Shown in pieces: positions 39,846 to 54,789 of a DNA stretch of 64,000 nucleotides. How positions within the stretch are numbered: the first letter of the stretch is position 1; the number at the start of each line of letters is the position of its first letter. Source of the stretch: Rhynchobatus australiae (Eukaryota); contig JAUZTB010000057.1 of the NCBI GenBank assembly GCA_034780895.1, positions 21,415,462 through 21,479,461 on the forward strand, in the 5' to 3' direction. The position numbers and the translations under genes were made by a program. Under the pieces are notes generated by a model that did not search any database, had not been told where the DNA came from, and saw nothing but the letters and a program-made list of their open reading frames with translations.

Positions 39846-40261
39846 TCGCAAATAATCTAGTTAGTACCTATTTCAGAGACCAAATTTACAATAGGAACTT
39901 GAACTTCAATCTGAGCAGTTTACTTCACCCTAAACCAACATACTGAAATTTTTAAATTGCAAACAAGGAATGAAAAGGTCTCACAAAAGTCAAGAACTTT
40001 TGAGTAAAACAATGCCTGACATCTTGACATTGTGGTCATTCTTACCTCACAATCATTACAGACTGATTGTGGGCTGGTGGAAAGATCTTCCACGACACAC
40101 TCTTTGATTCGAGATTTAAACCACTGAGTTATAGTCGAGATTCCTATACCGTGTANNNNNNNNNNNNNNNNNNNNNNNNNNNNNNNNNNNNNNNNNNNNN
40201 NNNNNNNNNNNNNNNNNNNNNNNNNNNNNNNNNNNNNNNNNNNNNNNNNNNNNNNTTAAAA

Positions 40262-40503
40262 AATTTTATTTACAGTATGGTATCAGGCCCTTTCGGCCCA
40301 ATGAGTCTGTGCCGCCCATTTTTAAAATGCATGTTAACCTACCCGTACGTCTTTGGAATGTGGGAGAAAACCGGAGCACCCGGAGGAAACCCACGCAGAC
40401 ACAGAAGAACATACAAACTCCTTGCAGACAGCGAAGGGAATCGAACCCCAATCGCTGGCGCTGTTATAGTGTCACACTAACTGCTACACTACCGTGCCGC
40501 CTC
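40262..40503 (-). mobile_element. V-SINE, same subfamily as 3690-3935 in opposite orientation
   Basis: ORF peptides are shared with the 3.7-kb copy (ENIQTPYRQQRESNPNRW vs KNIQTPCRQRRESNPNRW). Confidence 0.88.
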
Positions 40504-42439
40504 TAAAAATTGTTTCTAAAAGATTAGAAACTCCCATTCCACTCAGTGTTGCTAAGCAAGTACCAGTTTTGTTTCAATTTCTATTTGAATCACGTGCAAT
40601 CATAGAGCTTATGCAGAGGTAAGCAATATGATTGCTGATTCTTTACAAGCTTTGTAATGCAGTCATCCGAAAAGTGCCAACTGATCACTGTACAGAAAAA
40701 CGATCCATTTTATGAAACAGTGGCCCATTCAGGACTTACCTTGCACTCGCATTCTATAGACATGCTTTGATTTTGTTCAAATAACACTAACTGTTACTGC
40801 ATAGTCATTTTTTGCGTTAGCTACATGGTACAGCACTGAAATAGCTATTAGACCCAAATAGTCTTTGCCAGGATTTGTGCTTTATACAAATCTCCTACAC
40901 AAAAAGCTATTACCAATGCCTTCTATTCCTTTTCCCTCAAATGCTTATCTAGTTTCCACTTAACTGCACTAATGCTATTCACAACTATCAGTAGTGCTTT
41001 CAACATGGTAACCTATTGACTTTATTTGTTACTATCTTGTATTTCTGTTCTATAGTTTTGGATTTCCCCACCAATAGAAACATTTTCCCTTNNNNNNNNN
41101 NNNNNNNNNNNNTATAACCTTAAAAGACCTCAAATGAATTACCACACATCTCTTTTCATAAGTACTTCTGCAATATCTAGGTACTCCTCAATAATGTTTA
41201 ATTTTACAAATTATCGATGCATTTGTTTAGCTGTCAAAACAGTAAACATTAAGAATAATTTCACACTGCAAACTTGGCTGCTTATATTTTCTACAAATAG
41301 TACACTATTATTCCAAGGTAGCTGCCTTCTCTTGCTTCTAATAATAAAAATTTCAGCAAATGTTAAACAAGTCGTGGTATCATTTCTAATGTTCACTGGT
41401 AGTTGCATTATTAACTGTCTGAAATTTCACTTGCTAATTATCATAAGCCATTTCAGCATCTTTAAGTCTGCAGTAGCCCATGCAAAATTAAACATCAAGA
41501 TTTATGTACACACATGTGGCAAACACACATTGTTTCAGCATGTTATTAATTTTATAGTGTGTTATATTTACCTTACAACACTGTTTATAGCAACACCAAA
41601 TTCTGGGCAGCAATAGAAACTGCTTCTAGAGTACCACCATGTTTAACTTCCATTAACACAACAAGATGTAGCATCTTTCCCTAATAAACACAGCTAACCG
41701 AGAAATGGGCTGATCACCTCAACACAAATTTTTATATCTCTGTAAGGACCTTGTCAACATGTGCAGAAAGTATGGAGAGAAGAGAGAGAAAAAATACAAA
41801 CTAGGACTTAAAAATAGGTAGCATTATTGATCCTAATTTCTCTGAGCAACTTCAGCTGGAAGCACATATCAAGACTTCATAATTAGCTTGCTTTCAATCA
41901 TTTTCTAAACATTCATAATATTGCTATCTTTTCTGAACAGGACACAAAATAGATAAGGATGGAGTTCAACTGCATGGCTTTTGATGTTTATTTTACCAAT
42001 TAAAAATTGAAAGCTTTTAAAGTTCATTAGTTACAAAATACATTGCAATTGAATAATTTTACATTTTTCTTAGGAATTTTTTGGCTTCTTTCTAAACTGG
42101 AAAGAATCTTTCTTGAGCAAAGTGAATAATCTCTGCAAGAGCCTAGAGAACAAACTTGTCATTGCAAAATTCTAGAACATTATTGTAAATAATAACACCC
42201 AGCTTTAAAGAATAATTTCCAATTGGAAGTTCACACTTTTAATTTAAATTAGCTAGGCAAAACATTTATTTGCTGGAAACAAGGGAACTGATTCAGCATG
42301 CCAATATGCAATTACAAACTAAATTAATGGCAGTCCAATTAATTATCTTCATCTACTCATGTAACTTATTAAACTATATTTAGTGGATACCCAAAAAACA
42401 TTACATCATCATAAAATATTAATAAAGCACTCTACTTAC

Positions 42440-42476
42440 TGTAGGCTGTGGAGGTCCTTTCCCACTGCTGCGTCCT
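42440..42476 (-). CDS. ATXN2: Ataxin-2 coding exon 2, 37 nt
   Basis: Acceptor ttgtttcag|A and donor ACA|gtaagt. Translates (R)GRSSGKGPPQPT. Phase 2 in and phase 0 out fit exons 1 and 3. Confidence 0.93.
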
Positions 42477-44032
42477 CTGAAACAACATCATTAGATTTAT
42501 ATTAGGATCAGAAGCTATAGCAAGGTAATATAATCATCTAAAATACCTTCGAAACTTGAATTGAACAAAGTTCAAATATCATCCCTTCTTTTCCCCCATA
42601 CTAAAGACTATTTTGCTTCTGGTAGTGTGCACTTATTCACTTACTGATAAATAAATAGAACTCAGCTTCCACAACAACAAAAGTCCAGTGCAGTCACACT
42701 TATCAATCTTAAGCAAGCCAATGCTATTGACAACAATTTTTGTTACTTGGAATGAAATTAAAAATTGCTCATGTTCTTTCAAGCAACATCTAGGTGGAAA
42801 GAAAACAGAAATCTTTGAAACACTTGCTCTAGGTTAGTTTTTATTATTCACAGATTATAGATATTGGTGACAATGACAACTTACACTGCACTTCTGTAGT
42901 CTTCTTGAATTACATTATATGCCACGAAAGGAATCCCTCAATGCTGTTTAGTTGTTTTCTGACCAAACAAAAATTTATTGGTCCAGAATTCAGAGACATG
43001 TTCAAATCCCATCAATTTAGTAGTCATATTTATCATGAATTTTATAAAGCCAGTTATCAGTAATGGTAGCTATGAACCTAGTGGACAGTTATAAAAACCC
43101 ATCTGATTCACTAGTTTCTTCAGGAAGAGAAGGAAACCTGCTACCCTAAAGTTTGACCTATATGCGACTCTGCACCCATCAACATCGAACAAAAAATCCC
43201 CCAAAATGTTAAAGGTCATGATCAACTTTGTAAGAATTTTTCAATGTCAGGGACATTCAGACATTCAAATAACATCGATATCCTTGATAGCTGACAAGCC
43301 TTGAGCGAGGACTTAACTGCTTGCCAAAGCAATTCGAGGGACAGCTAACCATTTACATTTTATAAATAATCTAAAACACTACTTAAAACAAACTTTCTTG
43401 CATCTACAAAGCAACCTTTTGAAAACTCAAGTGCTGGGTAAAATTCATTCAGGAATACTAAAACTGTATCCAGGTATCAGCTCTGTAAAATTCAGATTCT
43501 TGTTCACTTGTCACCACCATTTAGCTTCACCTCATGTGATTACATTTCAGATCAAGACGAAAACCTAAGGTTTCATAAATGATGTAGTAGTGTGTGAAAG
43601 GAAATCCATGTGCTCCATAGCACATGAGCAACTGCAGTTACGTGTGGGTAGCAGAGCAGTGAGCACATGTGGCTTGTCACTCACTGGGGCCATATGTTGT
43701 GCACCAGAGCTTTATCCCTGTGCTTTTGAGAATTGTGATCTGGGTTATTACAATATTTTTGTTAAAGTATACTGAATATATGTAGCAGATGTATTAAGCA
43801 AGCACATTTATTATGGATCAAGACGTGATCACCAATTTCCTGCTCATGTTCTTGGTTTTCCTCAGGATTGGTAACTTACTTCCACTTGGGTATTGAGGGT
43901 TCTGAACTGACTAATGAGGCCAATGGCTGGAGTAAGTGGTGACAGATGTGGTGGGCAGTTTTTGCAGTGGTCTGCTCATTACACCACTTACATAGGGTCT
44001 GTGTTCCTGATGCATGGCCTAAAGGTTCTCAA

Positions 44033-44140
44033 TACAGGCCACCCCCACTTTATGGAGGAGTTGCGTTCCTAGAAAAACCATCCGTATCGCATTTTCTGTA
44101 ACTTGAACCCTTTTTCTTGTTGAATCCCAAGTTATAAGCA
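44033..44140 (+). mobile_element. Possible Tigger/pogo-like DNA transposon end fragment
   Basis: ta-caggccacccccactttatggaggagttgcgttcctagaaaaaccatccgt resembles Tigger-type termini after a TA site. No partner TIR was found. Confidence 0.4.
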
Positions 44141-45383
44141 GAGGGACATTCCTAAGGGATGCTTTTCTCTTAAGCCAATGTATTGGAAATGATAAAGTGA
44201 TCCACCACTGTTTTTTAACAGCTGAGATCAACATTAGATTTGGGGGGTGGATAAGACCCGTGCGAAGGCAAACAAAATTTTGACAATTTTTATTTTTAGT
44301 CTCTCAATATTGTGGGGCAATAAGATTTGGATGTGACATCACCGTATTGATTGGGTTGACAGACACAACTGAGTCCATCTTTTGGCATGCCTTCTCCCGT
44401 CTGAGGACATGAACAGACTTCTCAGAGCTCAATGTTGCCATATTCTTCATCTGCAAGGCACTTTCTATAACGTTCAATGCTTGTGGATTAGGAAAGGGTT
44501 AAGGAAGTGAGAATATCAGGGAAAGGGATAGGATTTAAGGATCAGGGTCCATGGGAGAATGGTGGTATACAAGGGGGTAATATGTTAAAGCATGGTGACT
44601 TGGTGGAAGTGGAGTAAAGGTCGAGGGATTACTTTTTAAAAAGCAGGCTGTGGCTACTGCAGCTTCCCCAGAATGCAGCTCAGAGAAAATGCCTTAGTAA
44701 TGAATACAAATAAACTACCCATCTGATTTACTAATGTCCTTCAGAGGAGGAAATNNNNNNNNNNNNNNNNNNNNNNNNNNNNNNNNNNNNNNNNNNNNNN
44801 NNNNNNGAATTGTTTAACTTTGACTCTGAAATGGCCTAGCAAGTCACTCTGTTCAGGGCGACCAGGAACAAACAATAAATGCTGGCCTTGCTAGAAACAA
44901 TGAATAAAAAGCACAAAGAGTTGTAGAAATCTGGAATTCTCTCTCAAAGTTTCATTTAATGTATATTGAGTTAATTGAAACTTTCAAGACATTTTCGTGA
45001 TTCTTAATTTAAGTATTAAAGGTGATTGTTAAATGAGATTGAGACACAACAGCCACAATCTAAGTTAATGGTCTTTATTCTTATGCCATGTATACTAGAA
45101 TAAGATTTAAAAAATTGTGATTATTTCTAAGTTGCTATTTTACTCTATACTCTCCAGTTGGAGGAAGCAGATTATGGTTAGCCACCTCATTTGATTTTTT
45201 TAAATCTTAAAAGCATTAATTAGATCATCTTTCAACTTCCTCTTTTAAAAGGGAATACATACAATGCACATACCAAAGACATGGACAGTGGAACTGTGAG
45301 ATAAGTAAAACTTTCAAGGCTATGTCTTTTGGAGTGAAGGTGGCATAAAGGCAAATTGCAGCTTTTATTCATTGTGAAAGTAG

Positions 45384-45710
45384 GGGGGCATGGTAGCACA
45401 GCCAGTAGAGCTGCTGCCCCACAGCTCCAGGGACTCGGGTTCAATCCTGACCTTCGGAGCAGTCTGTGTGAAGTTTAATATCTTCACAACCATGTGGTTT
45501 TCCAGGTGCAATGGCTTCCTCCCACATTCCCAAAGGTGTATTACTAGGTTAATTACCTTTTCATGTAGGTTGATGGCAAAAGGTATTGAATGGAATTGAT
45601 GGGATGCTTAAGAATAAATTGCTGGCGTACAAGGAACTGAGTGGAGGAATGATGTTTTGAGAGCCAACATGGACCCAATAGGCCAAATAGCCTCCTCCCA
45701 TCTCATAGCA
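45384..45710 (+). mobile_element. V-SINE
   Basis: ggggcatggtagcacagccagtagagctgctgccccacagctccagggactcgggttcaatcctgacc...ggcttcctcccacattcccaaag. Confidence 0.82.
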
Positions 45711-48700
45711 AATGTCTCAAAGAAGGTAGAAAACAAGCCATTTAAGTTTGAGGGAAAAATCTGGTTCTAAGTTTTATCATTCCTTGATTAGGCACAAATT
45801 AAAAGAGCATCTGATTTTTGTTCCCTTACATATTACTTGATATCTCTAAAAAACTTCGTAAGAGAATCACTGGGNNNNNNNNNNNNNNNNNNNNNNNNNN
45901 NNNNNNNNNNNNNNNNNNNNNNNNNNNNNNNNNNNNNNNNNNNNNNNNNNNNNNNNNNNNNNNNNNNNNNNNNNAAAAACTTCGTAAGAGAATCACTGGG
46001 CATAGAAGTGGCACAAAGGCTTTTACTACCACAATGGATTTGGAAAGTCTAACCTTTTCAATTTAAAAATGATTAGACTTCATTATGGTCTTTAGCACCT
46101 GAAGGGATCAGAGTTGCTGCACATAGTTTGACTTGGTCATGGAAGATTTGAGTTAGTTGTATACAGTTAGATGTTGGGAGGACTTAAAAAAAATTACAGT
46201 ATGCTGTCAACTCTGGCCCAATGATTAGCTGGTATATAGCATATGGATTTCTTACATGTTCAGCAAAGGTAAATAGATATGTTGTCATGGGCAAGGAAAG
46301 GCAAGGCAATGGACAATGCTCAAAGGTCTGCTGGATTACATTTTAATAGACTTCAGGGTTCAGAGAGGAATTTCCAAGATATTTTAGCCCTCTAAAGTTA
46401 GCCTACATTGTTTTGCCTCCTCTATCAAATCACATAATCATTGTGCACAATGGGTACATGATGCCCTATTGCATCATGATGATATGGGGCATGATTAAAT
46501 TACCTGTCAATTATTTCCATTTATATACAAATCGTTGATTAATAATACAGCCTGGCTTCCTTATGGAGATCAGCTCCTTCAAATATTACCTTGTGAACAG
46601 AGCAAAAATAATTAAATTCACAGTAGGTAATTTACACATAAACATTGATCTCTAATTTCATTGAAGAAAAGGAGAACATATATAATCCAAAGAAAGATGC
46701 CCAAATAGTTGAGAGCTAGACACCTAGATGTGCATTACGTATTTACTTTCACCAGAGAATTTCTAATTATTCTCCAGGCAAGACACTGATATTCACCAAT
46801 GCTGCCAATTTACAAATTGCTAATAAAATTGTACCACTGTATGTAAACTACAACTGAAAGGATGTATGATTTTCATAACTTTTCTAAGATGATATCCTTG
46901 GATTGAGGATCAAGGTCGGGGTAAATCTTTACTCTCATTTACTTAAAAAAACTTTTTTTTGCTGAATGTATATTAATTTTAAAAGACATAATACTTTCTT
47001 TTGTAAGTTACAAAGAGTATCATGAAATAAGCAGGGGTCCCAAGCCACTGCCACACTTTAGAACAATATTCTATAACCAAATAAATATGATAAAAATCCA
47101 ACAGATTCATTAATCATGGTGTCCAAAGTATTGCAAAATGAAAATATCCAAGTCTTCGTATTTGCCAAATGTCTGCAAATTTGGAAATCATTTCTTGTGC
47201 TGGTTAAATGCAAACCAGAAAGTCAAAAGTATTGAATATTTTAACAAAGCAAATGTAAAGGCAAAGAGATTAGGTGCAATCAGTGATCAGGGTACAAATT
47301 ACACTCAAAAGTTTTATTAACGCAGATGTAAATTAGTTTAATTATCAAAAGAACATTTTTAATCAATGTCTAGTTCACCTCCTGCAAAGGTCTGCAAATG
47401 ACAGATCCTGCTGAAACTCCCCATGGTTATTATTTCAATATGGAGCAATGGCTGTTTTCCAGTGGAAGACTTTTTTTTTCCCCAAAAACTGCTGGTTGGA
47501 ATTTATACCTAATCTTTTCTGTGTCTGTTTGGCAGATTTCAGCCAATTAACAGCACAACCTTTTGGCAATTCCAAATCACAATCTNNNNNNNNNNNNNNN
47601 NNNNNNNNNNNNNNNNNNNNNNNNNNNNNNNNNNNNNNNNNNNNNNNNNNNNNNNNNNNNNNNNNNNNNNNNNNNNNNNNNNNNNNNNNNNNNNNNNNNN
47701 NNNNNNNNNNNNNNNNNNNNNNNNNNNNNNNNNNNNNNNNNNNNNNNNNNNNNNNNNNNNNNNNNNNNNNNNNNNNNNNNNNNNNNNNNNNNNNNNNNNN
47801 NNNNNNNNNNNNNNNNNNNNNNNNNNNNNNNNNNNNNNNNNNNNNNNNNNNNNNNNNNNNNNNNNNNNNNNNNNNNNNNNNNNNNNNNNNNNNNNNNNNN
47901 NNNNNNNNNNNNNNNCACTCAAGTTTACTTAAGAGTTACTATTTACAAATAAATGCCACACTTTAAATCCTTGTGTTAAGGAATTACACAAGTAAACTGA
48001 AGCCAGTCACTGAAGAACTCAAATTTCACAAATATTGTTCAGTGAAGAAATGTTATGAGCAATGCAATGGCAGCCTTAATGGAAGGTATGGAGCTTTATA
48101 AGCAAGTCAAAAGTTCATGCACCTTATGCCAAAGAACAAACTAGGTAAGCAACTTGGCCAAATATACAATTTGCTTCAGAAGATTCATTTCCAATCCCAT
48201 TCTGATCATGACCTCCAAAAGAGCTGGAATAAGCTTGAGGAATGGCATCTCCTCTTTCTACAAGTCAGATTTTCAGATTCGCAGTCTTTCAGATTTGAGC
48301 TTTACATCAAATTCAAGTATTATGTTATTTCCATTGTCACCTCCTTATGCCCATCTTGTATAGCTTTGCTGGTTGGTAATTTATACATCATACTAACTGC
48401 TGTGCCATTGCGCCACTCTTCTTCATCACCATGCCTTCTCCTTGCTTANNNNNNNNNNNNNNNNNNNNNNNNNNNNNNNNNNNNNNNNNNNNNNNNNNNN
48501 NNNNNNNNNNNNNNNNNNNNNNNNNNNNNNNNNNNNNNNNNNNNNNNNAATGTCCAAGTTATCGATTAACCTGTTGCCTTCGAATTCCCCCATGATCTTT
48601 TCTCCCCAGCCTCCTTTCTCTGTATCATAAGACTTGCTGGGACAGATTGTATTTACATTTGACTATTCACAAGAGAACCATTTCCTGCAGATCAATGCAT

Positions 48701-49821
48701 TCATAAACTTTGTATTACAGCTAGGAAGAAAGGAATGCATTGGAGATTAGACGCCACTGCATCTGACTTCCTGCTCTGCTACTGAATTGATCACTGAGGA
48801 AAAGGGCTGTTCTGAACAATTCCAAGGGCCTGAAATGCACTCTTGCCTCTATACTTTTATGTCAACCACAGCAGGTGTTTCTGGCACAGATCCATTCATT
48901 TGAATAGTGTCACCAAACTTCATCTAAAGTGAAGCGTAGTTTATTTTGTTTCTTTTTTAATTTCACTCTGCATTTATATTTTTAACTTACAGTAGTATAA
49001 GCACTTTTGTTTGTATTTCAACTGATCATCAGAGACCGAGACAGTTAGTTCAAAAGATTTTTGAGAGGATAAGTCATCAGAAGGCCAGCATGGCAATACA
49101 GAAATGGGACCTTGGGCTTCCAAAGGGAACTGCTCACATTTGACTACTCTCACACAAGTTCTGAACTTGCAAGGAGCCAAGTATGAAAGGGACTCCCTCC
49201 ATCTGTCACACTACTCCATCACTAAGCATTAGATCCAGCAGAAGTTCAATTAATGGCACTGTGCAACCTACCCAATAGTTTGGGGGTGGGGTAATTATTT
49301 TACATGAGTTTAATACTCTCAATGATCTGTGTTTTGTTATTTTTATTTCCTATTTGCTTCATTTAGTTGTTTTTAAATGTCACTGCATAATTAAAACAAA
49401 ACCTCCCAGTTTGACATAAGTTAATGCTCTGAACCCAATTTTACCTCCTTAAAGACTGTCCGGGCATTCTAGAGCTGGGGCCTCTGGGATAAGCTGTCAG
49501 AAGCCTACATGCTGCCGAAGCTTCACTGAAAAGAGGGTCACAAAGGTCAGGAATCTGCTTCTGGCATGGGCAGGTACAGCCTGACCAGGACCAACTGGAA
49601 CCACAGACTAAGAGGTAAGTTCACCATGATCTGGCCCCTAATCTTATTCTGCATCACCCTGATAAATACATTGTACTTTTAGCTTTTCTGGACTATAATT
49701 CATAAGATCATAAATGCATGATAGATTGGAGAAAAATAGCAAACTGTATATGATGTATATCAAAATGCAAACTGGACAATGTGGTGTTCTGTGAGTAGTC
49801 TTCAGTAACAATGAAGAAAAT

Positions 49822-50003
49822 ATTACAGCACCAGCGATCGGGGTTCAATTCCTGCCACCGTTAGGAGTTTGTACGTTCCCCGTGTCCGCGTGGGTTTCCT
49901 CCCACATTCCAAAGATGTGCAGGTTTGTAGGTTAACATGGGTGTAATTGGGCAGTGCGGGCTCCTTGGGCAGAAAGAGTCTGTTACTGTGCTGTATAAAT
50001 AAA
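49822..50003 (+). mobile_element. V-SINE, 5'-truncated, same subfamily as the 3690 and 40262 copies
   Basis: ttacagcaccagcgatcggggttcaattcc...ggagtttgtacgttccccgtgtccgcgtgggtttcctcccacattccaaagatg...ctgtataaataaa. Confidence 0.82.
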
Positions 50004-51694
50004 GGTTTTTTTTAAAGTTTTAATTATGTAAGCTTAGTGTAATAAGTAAAACTGGTATTTGGGCAGTCATGAATCAAGCCTAGCTTTAGGATTCAAGACA
50101 AAACAAAAGGAGAATGCAACAGTCTCTTTATTTCCACCCAGGTGTAACAACCCCAATTTTGCCAGGAATTCATTTTTTCCCCTATAAACGCAATTCATTT
50201 TGAAGTAGTTATGCAGGCAGCATTCACCTGCCCACCACCCCATCCCCATCCACCTCCATCCCTCAAGTTTAAAGTTCATATATTGATGTACCTCAGTTTT
50301 ACAAACAAGGTTTTAATAAAGAAAATCTCACATTGATATATCTTTCATAATTTCAAGTCACCTGAAAATGCTTTACAATTAAAGAAAATCTTTCTAGAAA
50401 AGGGTCTTTGACCTGAAATATCTCTCTTTCCACAGATGCTGCCTGACCTGTTGAGTGCTTCCAGTATTTTCTGGTTTTGTTACAATGAATGAAATTGCTT
50501 TAAAGGTCAAAGAACAGCACTTTTAATGCCGTTAGGATTCAAAATTAAACCCAACAATTTCAAATAATCAGCATTTCTATTCCAGCATTCCTCCTTAGTT
50601 CCTCTCATAATCTCAGATGATCATTCTGCATTTTCATTTATTTGGGCGGGGGGAGGCTTTTATTGCTTTGTACGAACAACATTTTATTATTTAATCTCCC
50701 CTGCCTTCCACCAGTGACTTTCTCTTTTGTTCATTCCCTCTTCTCCCACCTTTTTCTGCAACATAAAACTTATATTTTCTCTAACTTTTTCCCATTCTAA
50801 GAGATCTTTGACTTGAAACATTAATGTTTCTTTTTCACAGAAGCAGCCTGAGAATTTTTAACATTTTCTGATTTTTATTTTAGCTAATGGACATATCGGA
50901 GCTGCTTTGACAAATACACTCTACCGGCAGAGCACTTTGAGGGATCAATGGCCCAAAGATCTGGCTAACTAATGCAAGTTGGCCACAAGTTAATTCCCAA
51001 ACTGATCTGGCAGCAGAAAAAGGTCCTCTGCTCTATCGTACATAAAGTAGATCCTCTTCCTTCAACATGTAGCTGGCACCCCTCTCATTAAGCATCTATC
51101 AGCTTCTGTCACTGGTTCTAATACCTTTTGGGGAACAGAGTTTCAAAGACTCTCAACCCTCAGAAAAAATACTGTCTTCAATTTAAATGGATGATCCTTT
51201 TAAAGAGTGGCCCAATGTAGAATCTTGCACAGGAGGAAACATCCCCTCAATACTAACCTGATCAAGACCGCTCAGGATGTTGTACTTTTTCCAGTCAAGT
51301 CCCCCTCCATCTCCTAAACTAGCCTGTCTAATCTTCCCTCATAAGAAGACTACTTGCTTACTGTCAAATGCCAAATAACTGGGACAACACATAGATTAGA
51401 TTGGGAATTTTATTATACAAATTCAAACAAAAAAAGAGATTATGTGCCAAAAGTGAATTACTACACTGTCCTTTCGTACATTTTAAGTTCAACTTGGGGG
51501 AAACAGAATTTAAGTCTGCTCTTATATGAACTGAGAACTCATTCTCATACAATGAACAGTAATAATATGGTTAAAGGAACAAGTAAAATACATTGAACAT
51601 TTTTATTTTGTGCTAAGGGAACTGCATTGTAAATTGAACTCTTACATGCATCTGCTATATCTGAGCGGTGAAACAAATGAAAAAAATATGACAA

Positions 51695-52115
51695 CCTTAG
51701 CTCAATGATATTACTCTCACTCCTCAGTTAGTAAATACAAGTTCAAAAAAATCAACTCCAGGGATTTGACAACAATCTAGGCACCGACTTTGGTGCTGGA
51801 CCAGGAGAGTGCTAGCTTTTGTGAGACGTCAAACTAAAATGATTGCTTTCTCAAGGTGGATGCAAAAGATTCCACAATATGAAGAGGAGCAGGAAAGTCC
51901 TTTCACTATCCCAGTCATGTTATACAACAACTGAGAATGCTAAAACAAATTATCTGGTGACTTATCTTGTTGTTTAAATTGTTTCAGTGAACAGATTGGC
52001 TACCTCAACTACTTATGAATTGGAGACAATTGTAATACAACTACTGTACGTTATTGGTTATGAAGTGGTCTGGGGCACAGATTCTATAAAGCATTAAATA
52101 TATGGGTTCCTTCTT
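51695..52115 (+). mobile_element. Deu-domain SINE (SacSINE1-like), old
   Basis: tRNA-like head cttagctcaatg, then Deu core tgagacgtcaaac...ggtggatgcaaaagattcc...gaagaggagcagg...aaaacaaattatctggt. A related tail lies at about 54000-54115. Confidence 0.65.
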
Positions 52116-54789
52116 AATCCGCTTGTTCTTGACAAGCATATATAATGCACAGATTTACACAAGACTTCTAACTTGAATGGTTTTTTAAAATAAAAGTCAG
52201 TGTTTTTAATCTATGCCAGCTAACTAGTTACAAGGCACCACTGAATATTAAGCCAATCATTCACAAAACCCACAGATTGTACACTAGTGTCCAATTAGAG
52301 CCTTTGATGTTACAAATAATTAATAATAAACTACATGCATATAGAAGAAAAACTACTGAGCTTGTAACAGTACAAAGCTCACCTTGGTTAAAGGTTCTCT
52401 GACTTAAATTCAGACTTGAAGTTTTCTTTAGGTAATAGCAAACATGCAACTGTAAATCCATTATCCCTGACAAAGTCAGTCATCATGTTCACAAAAGTAA
52501 TGAATTTATTTTCATCCCTGCTAAATATCATTCATTGCATGTCACAAATGACAGCTTATGTGACAATGACAAAAGCAATTTATGCCTCCTCAACTTTCTC
52601 AACCTTTTGACCTGGTTAATCACAACTTCAAATGGCCCTTTACGCTGTGATGCAGCTGGTGGAATAATACCAACTCAGTTCCATTCTAATGTATTCTACC
52701 ATATCCAGAGAATCACCTTCATTGGTCTCTTCTGACCTCTATAATCCCACAGGTTATCACTGCTAAACTCTGGCCTCCCTCCCAAGAATTTATCCCAGGC
52801 GACCCCCCCTCACTTATCATCAGGTGCTCCTTGTCAGTAACGTCATCCAAAAACAGTGGCAGATTCCATAAGTTAACATCTAGCTCCACCTCCCCACTAT
52901 GACTCTCCATTACTCCATTGCCTCCAAAATGCCAGACTTATTGTTGTTTATCCAATATCAGAAAAATAGCTTTCCTGTAATTAAATTATGAGAAGTCAAA
53001 TGTCTGCAGTCTCATCCCCATCACAAATTATTCTCTAGCTACAAATGCTATGCCTCTCCAGACAACCATCTTTGACTGAACTGTGAGTGCACAACTTGGT
53101 GTCACATCTGGCCCCAAAATAAACTTTTCAACACACATAATTATTGTATTGATCTATTTCCACCTTGAAATACTGTTCGATTACGTCTCAGCTCACATGC
53201 TGCTTAAGCACTCTTCTGTAACTTGTCACATTTAGTTTTATGATTACAGCGCACTTGTGGCCAGCCACATCATACCCCATATTAATCTTATTCAAAACTC
53301 TATGGTCCATGTGCTTGCTTGCCCAAAGTCTCATCTACCAAATGCTCTTGATTCAGGTCCAGTTTTGTATTGATTAGAAAGTGCCATCATCCTCCTTTTC
53401 AAATCCCTTTACAGCTTCTCTCCTTCCTTAATACTAATCTCATCCTGCCGTCTCATCTCAGTGATTCTTATCTCCTGGCCATCCTCAATTACTCCATTAC
53501 TGGTAGCTACAACTTCTGTAGCCAAGAACTCTAGCTATGTAATCCCTCCTTAAGGCCTACTAATTTTCTTTTTAAACCAGTCTTGAAAACTTAATGCTTT
53601 GACCAAGCTGTTGGTCATTTGCCCCAATATCTCCCAACAAGGCCTTAAAGCAAAGTTTGTCAACATTACTATGAATCACCTTGGAATAATTTACCACATT
53701 AAAAAATGTTTTATAAGTTGTTGTTGAATGGGCACAACACAGTTCCACGCACCAAAAACGTGAACTGATGTACATAATCTTATTGCTGTGTTATAAAAAA
53801 AAGCTCAAGCCTAATCTAATGTTTCCAACAGCCTGTTGGAGGTAGGAAACTCATCACTCCAGAAAACACATGAAGAATACTATCAAAACTCCAATTACTC
53901 TTTTTAAACTTTCATATCAAAACATCTTAAAGTATTTAATGCAATAACTATTATTGATGTATTTAGGCCAATGTGCAGACAGATGAAACTTAAGCAGAGT
54001 GTTCCCCTATCACAGTCGTGACTACATTTCAAAAAGCACCTCATTGGCTATAACATGCTTTGGGATTACCAGACGTCGTGAACATGGCTATATAAACATG
54101 GGGCTCTCTCCCTTTCAAAGTTAATTTAAAACCTGTTTAATTACTCACTTAGTAAAGGGGGAAACAAAGATACACCGACTAAAATACCAAACTAGCAACC
54201 ACCGCAAAATAAAAGTCTACATTTACCCAAGATTTTATTTCAATAAAGAGTATACCATAATATTAACTGTTTAAACATTAAAAACAAATTGTACAATATT
54301 CTGGAATATGTCATCAATGTACCACGTTATGAAAGGAGACAACACAAATCCATCATCAGCTAGAATAAAAGTTTAGCATTTGTTCACACTTAGCTTTCAC
54401 TGATCAATGAAGTATGGCAGCACTACTACTACTGATTTAGATCTTTCCGTAATGCATTATAGATATAAAGTTGCTCTGATTTGAATGTCATTTTTTATTA
54501 CTACCATTTTACTGCAAGCCATTTAAATTTCCATTGTTATTTTTTTAAAATAAAACGTGCTTAACTCTTAAAATGTCATCTTGCATTTTCTGCAAATGTT
54601 TTCGCCTACAACTTTACATCGCTTACAGAACATCGTTTATTTTTTTTTAAATAGCTGTTCTGGGATGAAAGAAAATCTAAAAGGTTTCAGAAACTTTAAG
54701 TATTACCTGGAGACAGTGTATTCCTTAATGGCTTTCCCTTATACCCGCCCCCTGTATTTGTTAAATCCGCATCTTTAATCTCTGACTTC

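Noticed and set aside
41134-41616. 160-aa hydrophobic ORF
   Set aside because: AT-rich composition with no recognisable domain or splice support, antisense within an intron; likely chance.
3690-45460. tRNA-like A/B-box sequences
   Set aside because: They are SINE heads that continue into V-domain cores; no complete cloverleaf is present.
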